64,000 nucleotides of DNA. Source: Armatimonadota bacterium (GTDB taxonomy: Bacteria; Armatimonadota; UBA5829; DTLH01). Shown piece after piece: positions 21,001 to 29,550 of this stretch. The translations under genes were made by a program, and so were the position numbers. The stretch covers positions 1-64,000 of the forward strand of contig JBBRAE010000003.1 in the NCBI GenBank assembly GCA_038207085.1. Direction: 5' to 3'. The notes beneath the pieces were generated by a model. That model ran no database searches, was not told where the DNA came from, and saw only the letters and a program-made list of their open reading frames with translations. Numbering within the stretch: the stretch's first letter is position 1; the number at the start of each line of letters is the position of its first letter.

Positions 21001-23059
21001 AGTCAACGTAATAACCGTGACCGCTCGTGACCCGGCTGGAAACGCGGGGACTGCGCAGCTATCTGTCTCTTACACACCTCCCGACACGACCAATCCGACT
21101 GTTATCATCACAAGCCCGACGAGCAGCGCAACCTACTCCACCAGCAGCGACACTCTGGCGATAGGAGGCTCGGCCTCCGACAACGTGGGAGTCAGCACTG
21201 TCACATGGAGCAACAGCCGCGGTGGGAACGGAACATGTTCGGGGACGACTAGTTGGTATGCGTCAGGCATCTCCCTGCTCCTCGGCACAAACGTAATTGT
21301 CGTAACGGCGCGAGATTCCGTGGGGAACTCTTCGACCGATACGCTCACCGTGACCTACAACGACGCTACCCTGCCGACGATCGCGATCATGTCGCCTACC
21401 ACGCTTCCGGGTTACTCCACAACAGAGGACACAGTGGGTGTCGCGGGGACAGCGGCGGACAACGTCGAAATATCAGCCGTTACATGGTCGAACTCAGCCG
21501 GTGGCAGCGGCAACTGCTCAGGGACGAACTCGTGGAGCGCGGCGGCCATCTCACTTGTCTCGGGGGACAACATGATTACCGTCACGGCAAGAGACACCTC
21601 CGGCAACTCGATAACAGACGTGATAACGGTTGTCAGGGAGACGATCCAATCGCACCAGATTACTCTAAGCATCGGCTCACCGACCTCGGAGAGCGCCTTT
21701 TCGACGAGCGCTGACAATATCACCCTGGGCGGCGTCGCGACTTCGGATGGAACAATCACGGGGGTGACGTGGTCGAGCAGCAGAGGCCACGTCGGAAGCT
21801 GCACCGGCACTACAAATTGGTCCGCGGCGGCGATTCCACTTGATATGGGGGAGAACATTATCACGGTCTCCGCCAGCGACTCAAACGGCGGCTCAGCGTC
21901 CGATGCCCTTACCGTGACCAGAACCATTGCGCCCGATACCTCCGCGCCCGCGGTCTCGATCACTACGCCGACCTCGCTTGACGAATATACCGTCAATACC
22001 CCAAGTATTTCGCTCGCGGGAACCGCATCCGATGACCGTGGGGTCACATCGGTGACTTGGACGAACAATCGCGGCGGCAGTGGATACTGCACGGGCTCTA
22101 CAAACTGGACGGAGGCGGCCGTTGCGCTTCAAACCGGCGCAAACGTCATCACAATAGCGGCCCACGACGCCGCGAACAATACGACGACCGACGTGCTAAC
22201 CGTCACCTGCAACGCATCGCCACCGCCGACACTTGCAGTCACCTATCCCAACGATGACGGCTATTCCCAAACCAACGCCAGATCACTTTCGCTTTCGGGA
22301 ACCGCCACTGCAGCCACCGGAATGGGTTTGGTCAGTTGGAACTGCTCGACAGGCGGGTCGGGAAGCTGCTCGGGCGGAGCAAACTGGCAGACTCCGGCGA
22401 TCAACCTCGCCGTCGGCTCCAACGCAATCACCATTACGGCCCAAAACGCAACCGGGCAATCCACAAGCGTGACGTATATGATCAACGTGATTGACACGCC
22501 GATTCCAAGCTCGTGGAACGGTATTGCGATGGTCTCGGTCCCACTATATCCCTTTGTCGCCGACCCCAAGGAGTCAGTCGGTTTTGTGGACGATTTCTGG
22601 TATACATTTTGCACTCAGTACAATTGTTACGTCGATTACGGGAACGACCCGGAAATGGTGACGTGGTTTGGGCAGCCCAATCACACCCCCGGGCGGGGGT
22701 TTTGGGCGTGTTTTGATGGAAACGCCTCCGTTCCGGTCGGCGAAATTCCTGCGCAGGACCAACCCAGGGAGATTCATCTCTACCAGGGATGGAACCTGAT
22801 CGGTCTTCCTTTTCTGTCGCCCCTGCAGTGGGGAAAGAACTCCATGTACGTGCGCAATTCCCAAGGGACGCTGCTTCGGATGTCTGCCGCGTCAGACGTA
22901 TTGGAGAACTTCGCCTTCGGTTGGCGGCAGGAGGCAGGTGAGACGACCGGCAATTACTTCCTTGTGACTGAGAACGGTGGCGATCGCGAACTGCAACCCT
23001 GGATGGCTTATTGGGTAAAAACCTACTCGGAATGCGACTTGATATTCTACCCCGGGTAG
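18047..23059 (+). CDS. Large secreted modular glycoside hydrolase (DUF5060-like N-terminus, clan GH-A barrel with CBM-like inserts, six Ig-like repeats, C-terminal GWNLIG-type domain)
   Basis: Signal peptide; WKIRFAP..G.W.Y; YIIARYGY..SIHSFEFCNEG (candidate acid/base); RGELG (candidate nucleophile); AGGAGAGG RBS. Confidence 0.75.
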   Translation: MSRTLTVLLLFTCVLASQTVQAEPSVNGVSSPLSIGLYQKFEVSFDITTTASNFYWPHDTAPNPGVPATVGVSVDGLFSCNNWATTIVQPAFYFQDYERNGNWLYPKGDPQWKIRFAPNTVGSWKYKIRVTDSSGTVITPEYSFGCVPSSNRGFVKVSNADCRYFETSEGSTLNLVGLSDYTTKPNEMDALYPTLGANGVNLLRVWWQGSQGPVVWGFSGQGGVAGWGGFDVSSEQSRSGELFSGNLVGNKSASIKADVKPSTTYRFSAWVKTVGVIGPVNASKPYGAWLQAFDLANDMADKPLTTPVNGNSQWTSISASVTTKAGQTEIGWAKCVLDNVSGGAAYFTDMSLQEDLGNGHYGPNIFAWPDLNVYKYISQLEAWKADYQTDLCSRNGIYLKVCLQEKQDEIFGRIQANGTAGSTNDNNVYANPTHASRTYQQYIWRYIIARYGYATSIHSFEFCNEGDPFNANHTNALQAMTDSFANQDPNKHLVTTSNWHSFPTKEMWDQISSPGYTDWHQYVGVQTSTNTNNVVYGWACSTSDIDTSVKRSGTGSLHVVGNGDECSIESRPFAITPGHTYTLSYYCKGQGLTATGTHAGSVDWIYPSFIIYTMDGWWSNELVKLITGRPGDMMGTYDWTQKSITFNAGPTAKYLRLGPSAHWAVGDLWFDDIRLHDDTAGVYVEVPNGSFDTARMDYDTSLLNLSVGTQVGNKITRTVKTPCIRGELGIVGNNVFGTPYKGFSYTGENQQLVDDQEGIWYKKLVWGQVNPYGVISMYWWRENIMAKGLYKYTKAYQTFMAAIPLSNGHYSDAKAVCSSSTMRAWGQKDTVNNKAHLWIDNTPYTWKKVVDGVAVPAASGSVTLAGLANGTYIAEWWDTTNGVVSRTETVQCSSGNIVLSVSSLQSDTACKVYPAPPDTTLPVVAITSPTSSPSYTSASASVSIAGNASDDSGITGVTWANSLGGSGACTGGASWSAAGLILHAGVNVITVTARDPAGNAGTAQLSVSYTPPDTTNPTVIITSPTSSATYSTSSDTLAIGGSASDNVGVSTVTWSNSRGGNGTCSGTTSWYASGISLLLGTNVIVVTARDSVGNSSTDTLTVTYNDATLPTIAIMSPTTLPGYSTTEDTVGVAGTAADNVEISAVTWSNSAGGSGNCSGTNSWSAAAISLVSGDNMITVTARDTSGNSITDVITVVRETIQSHQITLSIGSPTSESAFSTSADNITLGGVATSDGTITGVTWSSSRGHVGSCTGTTNWSAAAIPLDMGENIITVSASDSNGGSASDALTVTRTIAPDTSAPAVSITTPTSLDEYTVNTPSISLAGTASDDRGVTSVTWTNNRGGSGYCTGSTNWTEAAVALQTGANVITIAAHDAANNTTTDVLTVTCNASPPPTLAVTYPNDDGYSQTNARSLSLSGTATAATGMGLVSWNCSTGGSGSCSGGANWQTPAINLAVGSNAITITAQNATGQSTSVTYMINVIDTPIPSSWNGIAMVSVPLYPFVADPKESVGFVDDFWYTFCTQYNCYVDYGNDPEMVTWFGQPNHTPGRGFWACFDGNASVPVGEIPAQDQPREIHLYQGWNLIGLPFLSPLQWGKNSMYVRNSQGTLLRMSAASDVLENFAFGWRQEAGETTGNYFLVTENGGDRELQPWMAYWVKTYSECDLIFYPG
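20792..22490 (+). repeat. Six tandem Ig-like protein repeats of about 93-95 aa within the large hydrolase
   Basis: Repeated D-T-x-P-x-[VI]-x-I-T-S-P-T...G-x-A-S-D...V-T-W-S-N-S-x-G-G-S-G-x-C-x-G-T-x-x-W...G-x-N-x-I-T-V-T-A. Confidence 0.88.
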
Positions 23060-23156
23060 AATATCAAGTCGATCAAGCCTGCAGTGATCCGAGTCATCTC
23101 TCGATTCCCGATTTGTGTTGCATAATGTATAACTGCCAAATGTCGAATTCTGTATT

Positions 23157-25853
23157 CTATACAGTTGCGCGTAAAAGCTCCAAGGTGACTACGCGTTTGG
23201 GTGACACTTTGAGAGTGACTTCGTCAACGTGTGACGCAATCAACTCTTCCCGAGTCTCGTCCATCCGGCACGTCCAGACTTGGTCATACTCGTACCCAAG
23301 GGGGATAGATGTCTCCACTTCGTCCTCTGAGACGTTGTAGAACCTAAATATGAGAGAACTGGAGCCCTCGGCCTTCTTGAGCGTGCTGAAGAAGAGCCTT
23401 GAATCTGCGATATAAGGCCCGGACATCTCAATTGATTCACCAGACGGGTATTGTCGGCAGAAAGTAGGGTTGAGGAAGCCATCCACTTCAGCAAGCGCAC
23501 CAGTGGCAAAGAGGTCGCCCCCGAACGGACGGATTGCATATTTCATCCGTTGCGTTCCCGGCATGTAGCCGGATTCCGAACTTCCCCAGCCCTCAAAACC
23601 GATGTTTATCGTGCCTGCAGACCGAAGTAGCGTCAGATAGAGCATATCGTCCTGCACCTCGTGCTTGTACTCATAGAGGCCGTGGGCCGCAAGGACCATT
23701 CCATCGCTTCCATTATCGACGGTGAGGAACCCCTGCATCCCACTTCCTCCGAGTGCATCCATCTGTGCCTGGGTCACACCTCTGGGCCTGTCGATGTTGT
23801 GTTCGGGGGTGCGATCAACCAGGTCAAACATTGTTTTCACCCGCAGTCGCCTGCCTGCCACCGGACACACTGCGCTGCGCAGACGGTGGCCAGCGCCAAG
23901 ATTCTCCACAGTCACGACAATGTCCACAAGCTCGCTTCCACGGCTCAGGCCGATCTCTATAGATATGGGACAATCGACGGTCGGCGCGCTGCTTCCGAGA
24001 CGGCGTTCGAGAGTATCAGTCGAGATCTGACGCTCATCAAAAAGGGCGATAGTGGAATCCACACGGACAACCCCACGCAGTTCACTGTTAAGGACCGTAC
24101 TCACTTTTCCAGTAGCGACTGTCGACAGGGCACGGTTTCGAGGTCTGCCATAAGAATACTGATTCCCCGCATCCTGCTCGTCGATAATGGTGTTTAGCCC
24201 GGAGTATGTCGCGCCCGTCGAGAGCACAGTCAGGTCGAATGACCCGTTCGGGTGAACCGCAACCTCGACCGACTCGTTCCTGAGCACTCCCCGACGACCT
24301 ACGAGGTCGGGGCGAGAGACACATGTCGATGCGTCTACGCCGGTGTTGTCCTCAGCCACCAGGATGCTCGCGCTAGGCTTCTTTTTGCCGGGCAGTATGT
24401 CGAAGGTCTTAATCCCAAGAGGTGGCAGGTCCGTCACCTCTGCAAGGAACCGCAGAGTGCGGGTGTTCTTGATGGTCGGGTTAATCCGTTCATGGTAAAC
24501 CGGTCGAATCGTGGCACTGTCCTCGAGTATATGAACCGGCACACTGGTCATACCGTCATAGAGTGAGAATTCCCCACCAAAATAGAACTCGAACAGCCAG
24601 TCCCTTCCGGCTTTGTCGGGTAGGTCCATCCGGCACTCCACTACGCCGCTTCGAGGGAACGGGCTCGGGTTGTACACGGCGAGTCTTCCCTCCCCGACAG
24701 GGTCCTCCCAGTATGAGTCTATGCCGATCAGAGAGTCCATCGCTTCGGCGGCAACGCCGTAGCCAATCTCTTTGACCCGCTCATACCGGTGCTCCACGTC
24801 ACGCGCCACGGCATCGGTATGCGCTCCTCCTATGCTGTCGTGAGCGGCATTCTTAACCATCATCCGCCATGCCCGATTTAGGAACCCTTCGGGATAGTCG
24901 CGGCCAGACAGATGAGCATGCGCCGCCAATGGTTCAGCATAAGAGGTCAAGAGACTCTCACAATACGCATTGGCCTGCTTCTGGTCTAGTCGGTTTGAGA
25001 GCGTGGAATCAAGCCCTGGCACCCATAAAAGCTCACCTTGAAGCTCCGGCAGATCATTCCCCACCCCCCGAACATCGGCCAGGAACTCCTCCCAGCTGCT
25101 GTGGGAGACTGTGAGATCTGGGAAACGACGACGCATCTCGTCCAGGACATCTGAAAGGTTCGATGCCGGCATCGCATGGTCGATCCCGTCAGTTATGGCG
25201 ATGCGTCGGGTGAGACTCAGTCGCTTCAGCGTCGGCAAGTTTCGCGAAAGGCAGTTATCCTCAGGCTCACACGGTGCAAAACCGGCTGCGTTGGAGTAGC
25301 CGCGGGTGAGAAGGATGGCAAGGACGGTGGAACCGTCGGCACCCCGCCAGTTGACCTCAGCCCCAGGGATATGGTTCTCATCGTAACCTCTCCAGAAGAT
25401 GGCATTGTCCAGGCCAAACCCCAAAAGTACCTGAGGAAGCTGGCTCGTGTGCCCGAAATTATCGGCCAGATACCCCACAGACTCCGTCCTGCCGAAAAGC
25501 CGGCAGTCGGCCCGACCAAGGATCAGGTTCCTGAGCGTCGCCTCACCACCGATCAACTGTTCATCCGGCTGCACGCACCAGGGGCCTATCCTGAGTTTGC
25601 CACACCTGACCAATTCTTTGACGGACTCTGTCTTTCCCGGACAGACGTCCGTGTAGTCGATCAGCGCCTGGGTCTGGCCATCCAGAAAGAACGAATGCCA
25701 CGCGGGCTCATCTTGAAGCAGACGGATTGCACGGTCAAGACACTTGACTAGGCGAAACCTGTATTGCTCCACTGTCCGATACCACTCACGGTCCCAGTGA
25801 GTGTGGCTGATGACGTGAGCAAGGTATTGTTCTGTCCATTTTTCATTCTTCAT
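23157..25853 (-). CDS. GH38 alpha-mannosidase (MngB-like)
   Basis: HVISHTHWDREW, FFLDGQ, GYLADNFGH, AHDSIGG, LTLLRS. Confidence 0.92.
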   Translation of the reverse strand: MKNEKWTEQYLAHVISHTHWDREWYRTVEQYRFRLVKCLDRAIRLLQDEPAWHSFFLDGQTQALIDYTDVCPGKTESVKELVRCGKLRIGPWCVQPDEQLIGGEATLRNLILGRADCRLFGRTESVGYLADNFGHTSQLPQVLLGFGLDNAIFWRGYDENHIPGAEVNWRGADGSTVLAILLTRGYSNAAGFAPCEPEDNCLSRNLPTLKRLSLTRRIAITDGIDHAMPASNLSDVLDEMRRRFPDLTVSHSSWEEFLADVRGVGNDLPELQGELLWVPGLDSTLSNRLDQKQANAYCESLLTSYAEPLAAHAHLSGRDYPEGFLNRAWRMMVKNAAHDSIGGAHTDAVARDVEHRYERVKEIGYGVAAEAMDSLIGIDSYWEDPVGEGRLAVYNPSPFPRSGVVECRMDLPDKAGRDWLFEFYFGGEFSLYDGMTSVPVHILEDSATIRPVYHERINPTIKNTRTLRFLAEVTDLPPLGIKTFDILPGKKKPSASILVAEDNTGVDASTCVSRPDLVGRRGVLRNESVEVAVHPNGSFDLTVLSTGATYSGLNTIIDEQDAGNQYSYGRPRNRALSTVATGKVSTVLNSELRGVVRVDSTIALFDERQISTDTLERRLGSSAPTVDCPISIEIGLSRGSELVDIVVTVENLGAGHRLRSAVCPVAGRRLRVKTMFDLVDRTPEHNIDRPRGVTQAQMDALGGSGMQGFLTVDNGSDGMVLAAHGLYEYKHEVQDDMLYLTLLRSAGTINIGFEGWGSSESGYMPGTQRMKYAIRPFGGDLFATGALAEVDGFLNPTFCRQYPSGESIEMSGPYIADSRLFFSTLKKAEGSSSLIFRFYNVSEDEVETSIPLGYEYDQVWTCRMDETREELIASHVDEVTLKVSPKRVVTLELLRATV

Positions 25854-25873
25854 AGTGTTTAGCGATCTTTCTG

Positions 25874-26566
25874 TTAGAATCGGTAGTGGCCTGCGTAGTC
25901 ATTGTATAGCAGATATATCGGCGCTTCGTCCTCCTCGATCTCGGGGAACCTGCCGACTGAGTCGAAGAAGTGATTGTCGATGTGGTCGTCGTTGACACAG
26001 CTGACCTCACCTACGAGCACCGTCCCAGTCCCCTTCTCACCCCAGAACCTATGATAGTTGCGCTGAGGAAGACACACCGAGTCTCCGGGCCGAAGTGTAA
26101 TCGTCCCACCAGCTGGTATGGTCACGTCGACCCCGTCCATAGCGACGGTCACATCAGTGTCGGCGAGTTGGTCGTCGTCTGTCGCGTTCCACAGGCGAAT
26201 GACCAGGTTCCCCCCGCCACGGTTGATGATGTCCTCCATCTTCTGGTGGTGGAAGTGCGTCGGGGTGAGTTGCTCTTCGCGGACAACCATTATCTTCTCG
26301 GCGTAGGTCTTTCCGTTTGGGCGATTGAGGTCCTCGAATGTGCCATTTCGGATCGTGAACAAGAATAGTCCCATTTGTTCAAAGTCGCCGCCGCCAAAGT
26401 CGGTTATATCCCAGCCAAGCTGCTGCTCGATTATTTTCCGGCACTCAGGGCCCTTCCAGGCCCAGTCCTCAGGGCTCCATTTGGCAAAAGGAGGCAAGAG
26501 GAAGTTCATCTCCTCCAGAAAATCCGTGCACTCCCGCATTATCTCGTTTATCTCAGATCTTTTCAT
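25874..26566 (-). CDS. D-lyxose/D-mannose ketol-isomerase family (cupin)
   Basis: LGWDITDFG, YAEKIM, TPTHFH..KMEDIINRGGG, GEVSCVNDD. Confidence 0.9.
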   Translation of the reverse strand: MKRSEINEIMRECTDFLEEMNFLLPPFAKWSPEDWAWKGPECRKIIEQQLGWDITDFGGGDFEQMGLFLFTIRNGTFEDLNRPNGKTYAEKIMVVREEQLTPTHFHHQKMEDIINRGGGNLVIRLWNATDDDQLADTDVTVAMDGVDVTIPAGGTITLRPGDSVCLPQRNYHRFWGEKGTGTVLVGEVSCVNDDHIDNHFFDSVGRFPEIEEDEAPIYLLYNDYAGHYRF

Positions 26567-26568
26567 AT

Positions 26569-26706
26569 CTATCCTCTATTATCATAAAAAGACTCAAGAG
26601 TCGAATAGAGACGCCTGTAGTCAGCGAACTTCTTGTCGTAGATCACCGTGTTTTCCTCGTTTGGCTCGATTACGGCAGTAGTGCGGCCCACCAAACACGT
26701 CTTTGC
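26569..26706 (-). pseudogene. 3' remnant of an FGGY carbohydrate kinase (xylulokinase-like)
   Basis: Translation TTAVIEPNEENTVIYDKKFADYRRLYSTLESFY resembles FGGY C-termini; its stop abuts the isomerase RBS; upstream coding sequence is replaced by a palindromic element. Confidence 0.6.
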
Positions 26707-26707
26707 A

Positions 26708-26788
26708 TTAGCCCGCTTTATTCGTGAAGCGAATAAAGCTTTCGCCAACAGAGCATTATTCACGCTACTCGTGAATAATGCGGGTTAG
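26708..26788. mobile_element. MITE-like palindromic element
   Basis: Imperfect terminal inverted repeats TTAGCCCGCTTTATTCG / TGAATAATGCGGGTTAG; perfect internal stems 26715-26724/26730-26739 and 26753-26764/26770-26781. Confidence 0.55.
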
Positions 26789-27031
26789 AAGTTCTTCTTG
26801 TCCCTATTCTATCAAATGTATTATGGATCGCCTAGTACATACTCCAATAATTGTGTGTACGCTCGCATTGTTGGGTGGCGATCACTGATACAGTCCTCGA
26901 TTACCTGCCTCAGTATTCCCAGCGGGTCATCCCTCTCGTTTCGCGCTAGCCGCAAAACTCCGTGACACACGCGCGCTTCATGTTGTATCATAGATACGAA
27001 ATACATCCACATCAGCGCATGGCCGCGAGCA

Positions 27032-29509
27032 GTGGGGATCGTGGAGCTAGTTATGTCACGACCAGCGAGCAGCAAGAAGTTATCGGAAAAACCAAATCTA
27101 TCCCCCATCGATTCCATACTGAACTGTGAGCAGTTGATCGAGAACATGCTCGACGGTTTCGCTATGTTCCGCACCACGTTTGACTCCAGAGGCAAGCCCA
27201 CCGACTACATCGTCACGCGGGTCAACAAAGCATTCGGAAGAGTAACCGGGCTTGACACCGAAACACTGGTCGACCGTCCCGTCGCCGCCGTCTTCGGAAA
27301 CGACAGCGACAACGAGTGGCTCTCCATATTCCGAAGAGTAACGACAACCGGCAAAGCGTCGACCTGCCTGTTCTTCTCATCGCTTCTCAACCGGTTCATC
27401 AAAGCCTCAGTCTTCCGCCCGTCACCCGACACAATCGCCATGACATGCGAGGATATCACCGCAAGGCTGCAAGCCGAGGGTAGCGTCGTTCGACAGCTGA
27501 ACTTTGAGATGTCGATGTCGATATTCTCCCAATTGCTGATCGGCGGAGACAATGTCGACCTCGCCCACTGCCTCTCCATCCTCGGAAGAGCAGTCGACGC
27601 TGACCACGTCTACGTCCTCACATTCAACAACGACGCAACCGTAATGGAGTTATTCTGCAATTGGAGTATGCCCGGCAAGCCCCAACAAGCAGACATAGAC
27701 CGGGTCTGGCTAAGCGCTGACGTGCCCTGGTGGGCGGCGAAAATCCTCGCAAACGAGGTAATCTCTATCCCCGATGTAAGCGCGATGCCCGCGGAGGCCG
27801 CTACCGAGCAGCAGGAACTCACAGAGCGTGGCATCAAGAGTCTGCTGGCTGTGCCGATGCGCTCGCGCGGCAAGGTCATCGGTTTCCTCGGACTGGACGA
27901 CACCAAGAGCACGCATGAGTGGTCAAACGGCGAGGAATACCTGCTTCGAACCGCAGGCGACAGCCTCGCAACCTATCTCGACCGCACCGCGTTCCTCCAG
28001 GAGTTGCGCGAGACCCAAATGCGTTTCCGTGCCGTGTTCGACTGCTCGATGGACGCGATGGTGATCGCTGACGACAACGCCTTCTACACCGAAGCCAACC
28101 CCGCCGCCTGCAAGCTTTTCGGTGTAAACAAAGAGACGCTGATCGGCTCACGCATGTCTGACTACGTGCCTGACATCCAGAACTTTAAGACGGCGTGGAA
28201 AGAGTTCATAAAACGTGGATATATGCGCGAAGACGTGAGGATTCACCGCCCCGACGGCACAACCAGGCAGATCGAGTGTTATGCCGTGGCAAATGTGCTG
28301 CCCGGTCGCCACCTCGCAACGTGCCACGACGTCACCGAGCAGCGCGCTTACCAGGAGTTCGTCAACCAGTCCAACAAGATGCAGACGATGGGACGGCTCG
28401 CGGCGGGGATCGCCCACGACTTCAACAACCTGCTGCAGGCGATCCTCGGATACTCCAGCCTGCTTAGCACAGAAACCGGACTGAGCGACACCGCCCGCTA
28501 CGGCCTGCAATCAATCGAGCAGGCATCAAGAAGGGCCGCTGAGCTCGTCCAGCAGATCCTTGCCTACTCCCGTCAGGTGCCGGCAAAGATTGAGACCGCC
28601 GATCTAAACGCAATCACCGTCGAAGCCCTCGCGCTTGTAGCAAAGGCGCTTCCACCGACCATAACAGTCGAGCACGAAACGACACTGAAGCCCGCGATTG
28701 TGTCAGCCGACGCAACCCAGCTCCACCAGGTCGTGATGAACCTCTGCATGAACGCACGCGACGCGATGCCCGATGGAGGAACGCTCAAGTTGGAGATAGA
28801 CCAAATCAGCATCAGCCGGAGCTTTGTCAGAGCGAACCCCTGGGCAAGAGTTGGGGAGTTCGTGAGGTTGAAGGTGACTGATAACGGCTGCGGAATGGAC
28901 GAAGAAACCCGAAAACGTGCCCTTGAGCCGTTCTTTACGACCAAAACCCCAGACGGCTCAGGCCTAGGACTCGCCACCTGCTACGGCATCGTCTCCGCAC
29001 ACAGTGGGCAGATCGACATAAAGAGCAAGCCGGGTCGAGGCACAACGGTCAGCATTTACCTTCCAGCTGAAGGCATCTCCTCGTCCAAAACGCCGACAAT
29101 CCCTGCCGCGCACACTCCCACCCGCGGCACTGAAACCGTGCTCTTGGTCGACGACGAGTCATACATCAGGAAGTTTTCGTCTCAGGTGCTAATAAGTAAC
29201 GGCTACAGCGTCGTCACGGCATCCAACGGTCGCGAGGCTCTGGGCCAGATATCCGGGGGCGAGGGAAAGATAGAGCTTGTGATTCTAGACATCAACATGC
29301 CGGTAATGGACGGCATGGAGGCGCTTGCACACATCCGAAAACTTGAGGTCCAGCCCAAAGTGCTGATAAGCGCCGGGCTCGATACGGGGATAGACGAGCT
29401 AAGCCCCGAAGAGCGACCCGACGGATTCATCCAAAAGCCCTACTCCCCCGAATCGCTGCTGCGGGCGATAAGAAGGGTGCTGGACGGGGACTCTCCAGCC
29501 AAAAGATGA
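27032..29509 (+). CDS. Cytoplasmic hybrid sensor kinase PAS-GAF-PAS-HisKA-HATPase-REC (CckA-like)
   Basis: GIAHDFNNLL, QVVMNLCMNARDAM, DNGCGM, EPFFTTK, GSGLGL, LLVDDE, LDINMP, QKPY. Confidence 0.93.
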   Translation: MGIVELVMSRPASSKKLSEKPNLSPIDSILNCEQLIENMLDGFAMFRTTFDSRGKPTDYIVTRVNKAFGRVTGLDTETLVDRPVAAVFGNDSDNEWLSIFRRVTTTGKASTCLFFSSLLNRFIKASVFRPSPDTIAMTCEDITARLQAEGSVVRQLNFEMSMSIFSQLLIGGDNVDLAHCLSILGRAVDADHVYVLTFNNDATVMELFCNWSMPGKPQQADIDRVWLSADVPWWAAKILANEVISIPDVSAMPAEAATEQQELTERGIKSLLAVPMRSRGKVIGFLGLDDTKSTHEWSNGEEYLLRTAGDSLATYLDRTAFLQELRETQMRFRAVFDCSMDAMVIADDNAFYTEANPAACKLFGVNKETLIGSRMSDYVPDIQNFKTAWKEFIKRGYMREDVRIHRPDGTTRQIECYAVANVLPGRHLATCHDVTEQRAYQEFVNQSNKMQTMGRLAAGIAHDFNNLLQAILGYSSLLSTETGLSDTARYGLQSIEQASRRAAELVQQILAYSRQVPAKIETADLNAITVEALALVAKALPPTITVEHETTLKPAIVSADATQLHQVVMNLCMNARDAMPDGGTLKLEIDQISISRSFVRANPWARVGEFVRLKVTDNGCGMDEETRKRALEPFFTTKTPDGSGLGLATCYGIVSAHSGQIDIKSKPGRGTTVSIYLPAEGISSSKTPTIPAAHTPTRGTETVLLVDDESYIRKFSSQVLISNGYSVVTASNGREALGQISGGEGKIELVILDINMPVMDGMEALAHIRKLEVQPKVLISAGLDTGIDELSPEERPDGFIQKPYSPESLLRAIRRVLDGDSPAKR

Positions 29510-29538
29510 TGTGCGGAGGCCGGTCAGACCTCCGCACA
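29510..29538. terminator. Hairpin between convergent genes
   Basis: TGTGCGGAGG (29510-29519) / CCTCCGCACA (29529-29538); no clear U-tract. Confidence 0.5.
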
Positions 29539-29550
29539 GGACCTATGTAG

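Noticed and set aside
26821..27201. 126-aa minus-strand ORF
   Set aside because: Overlaps the kinase 5' end on the opposite strand and shows no family features.
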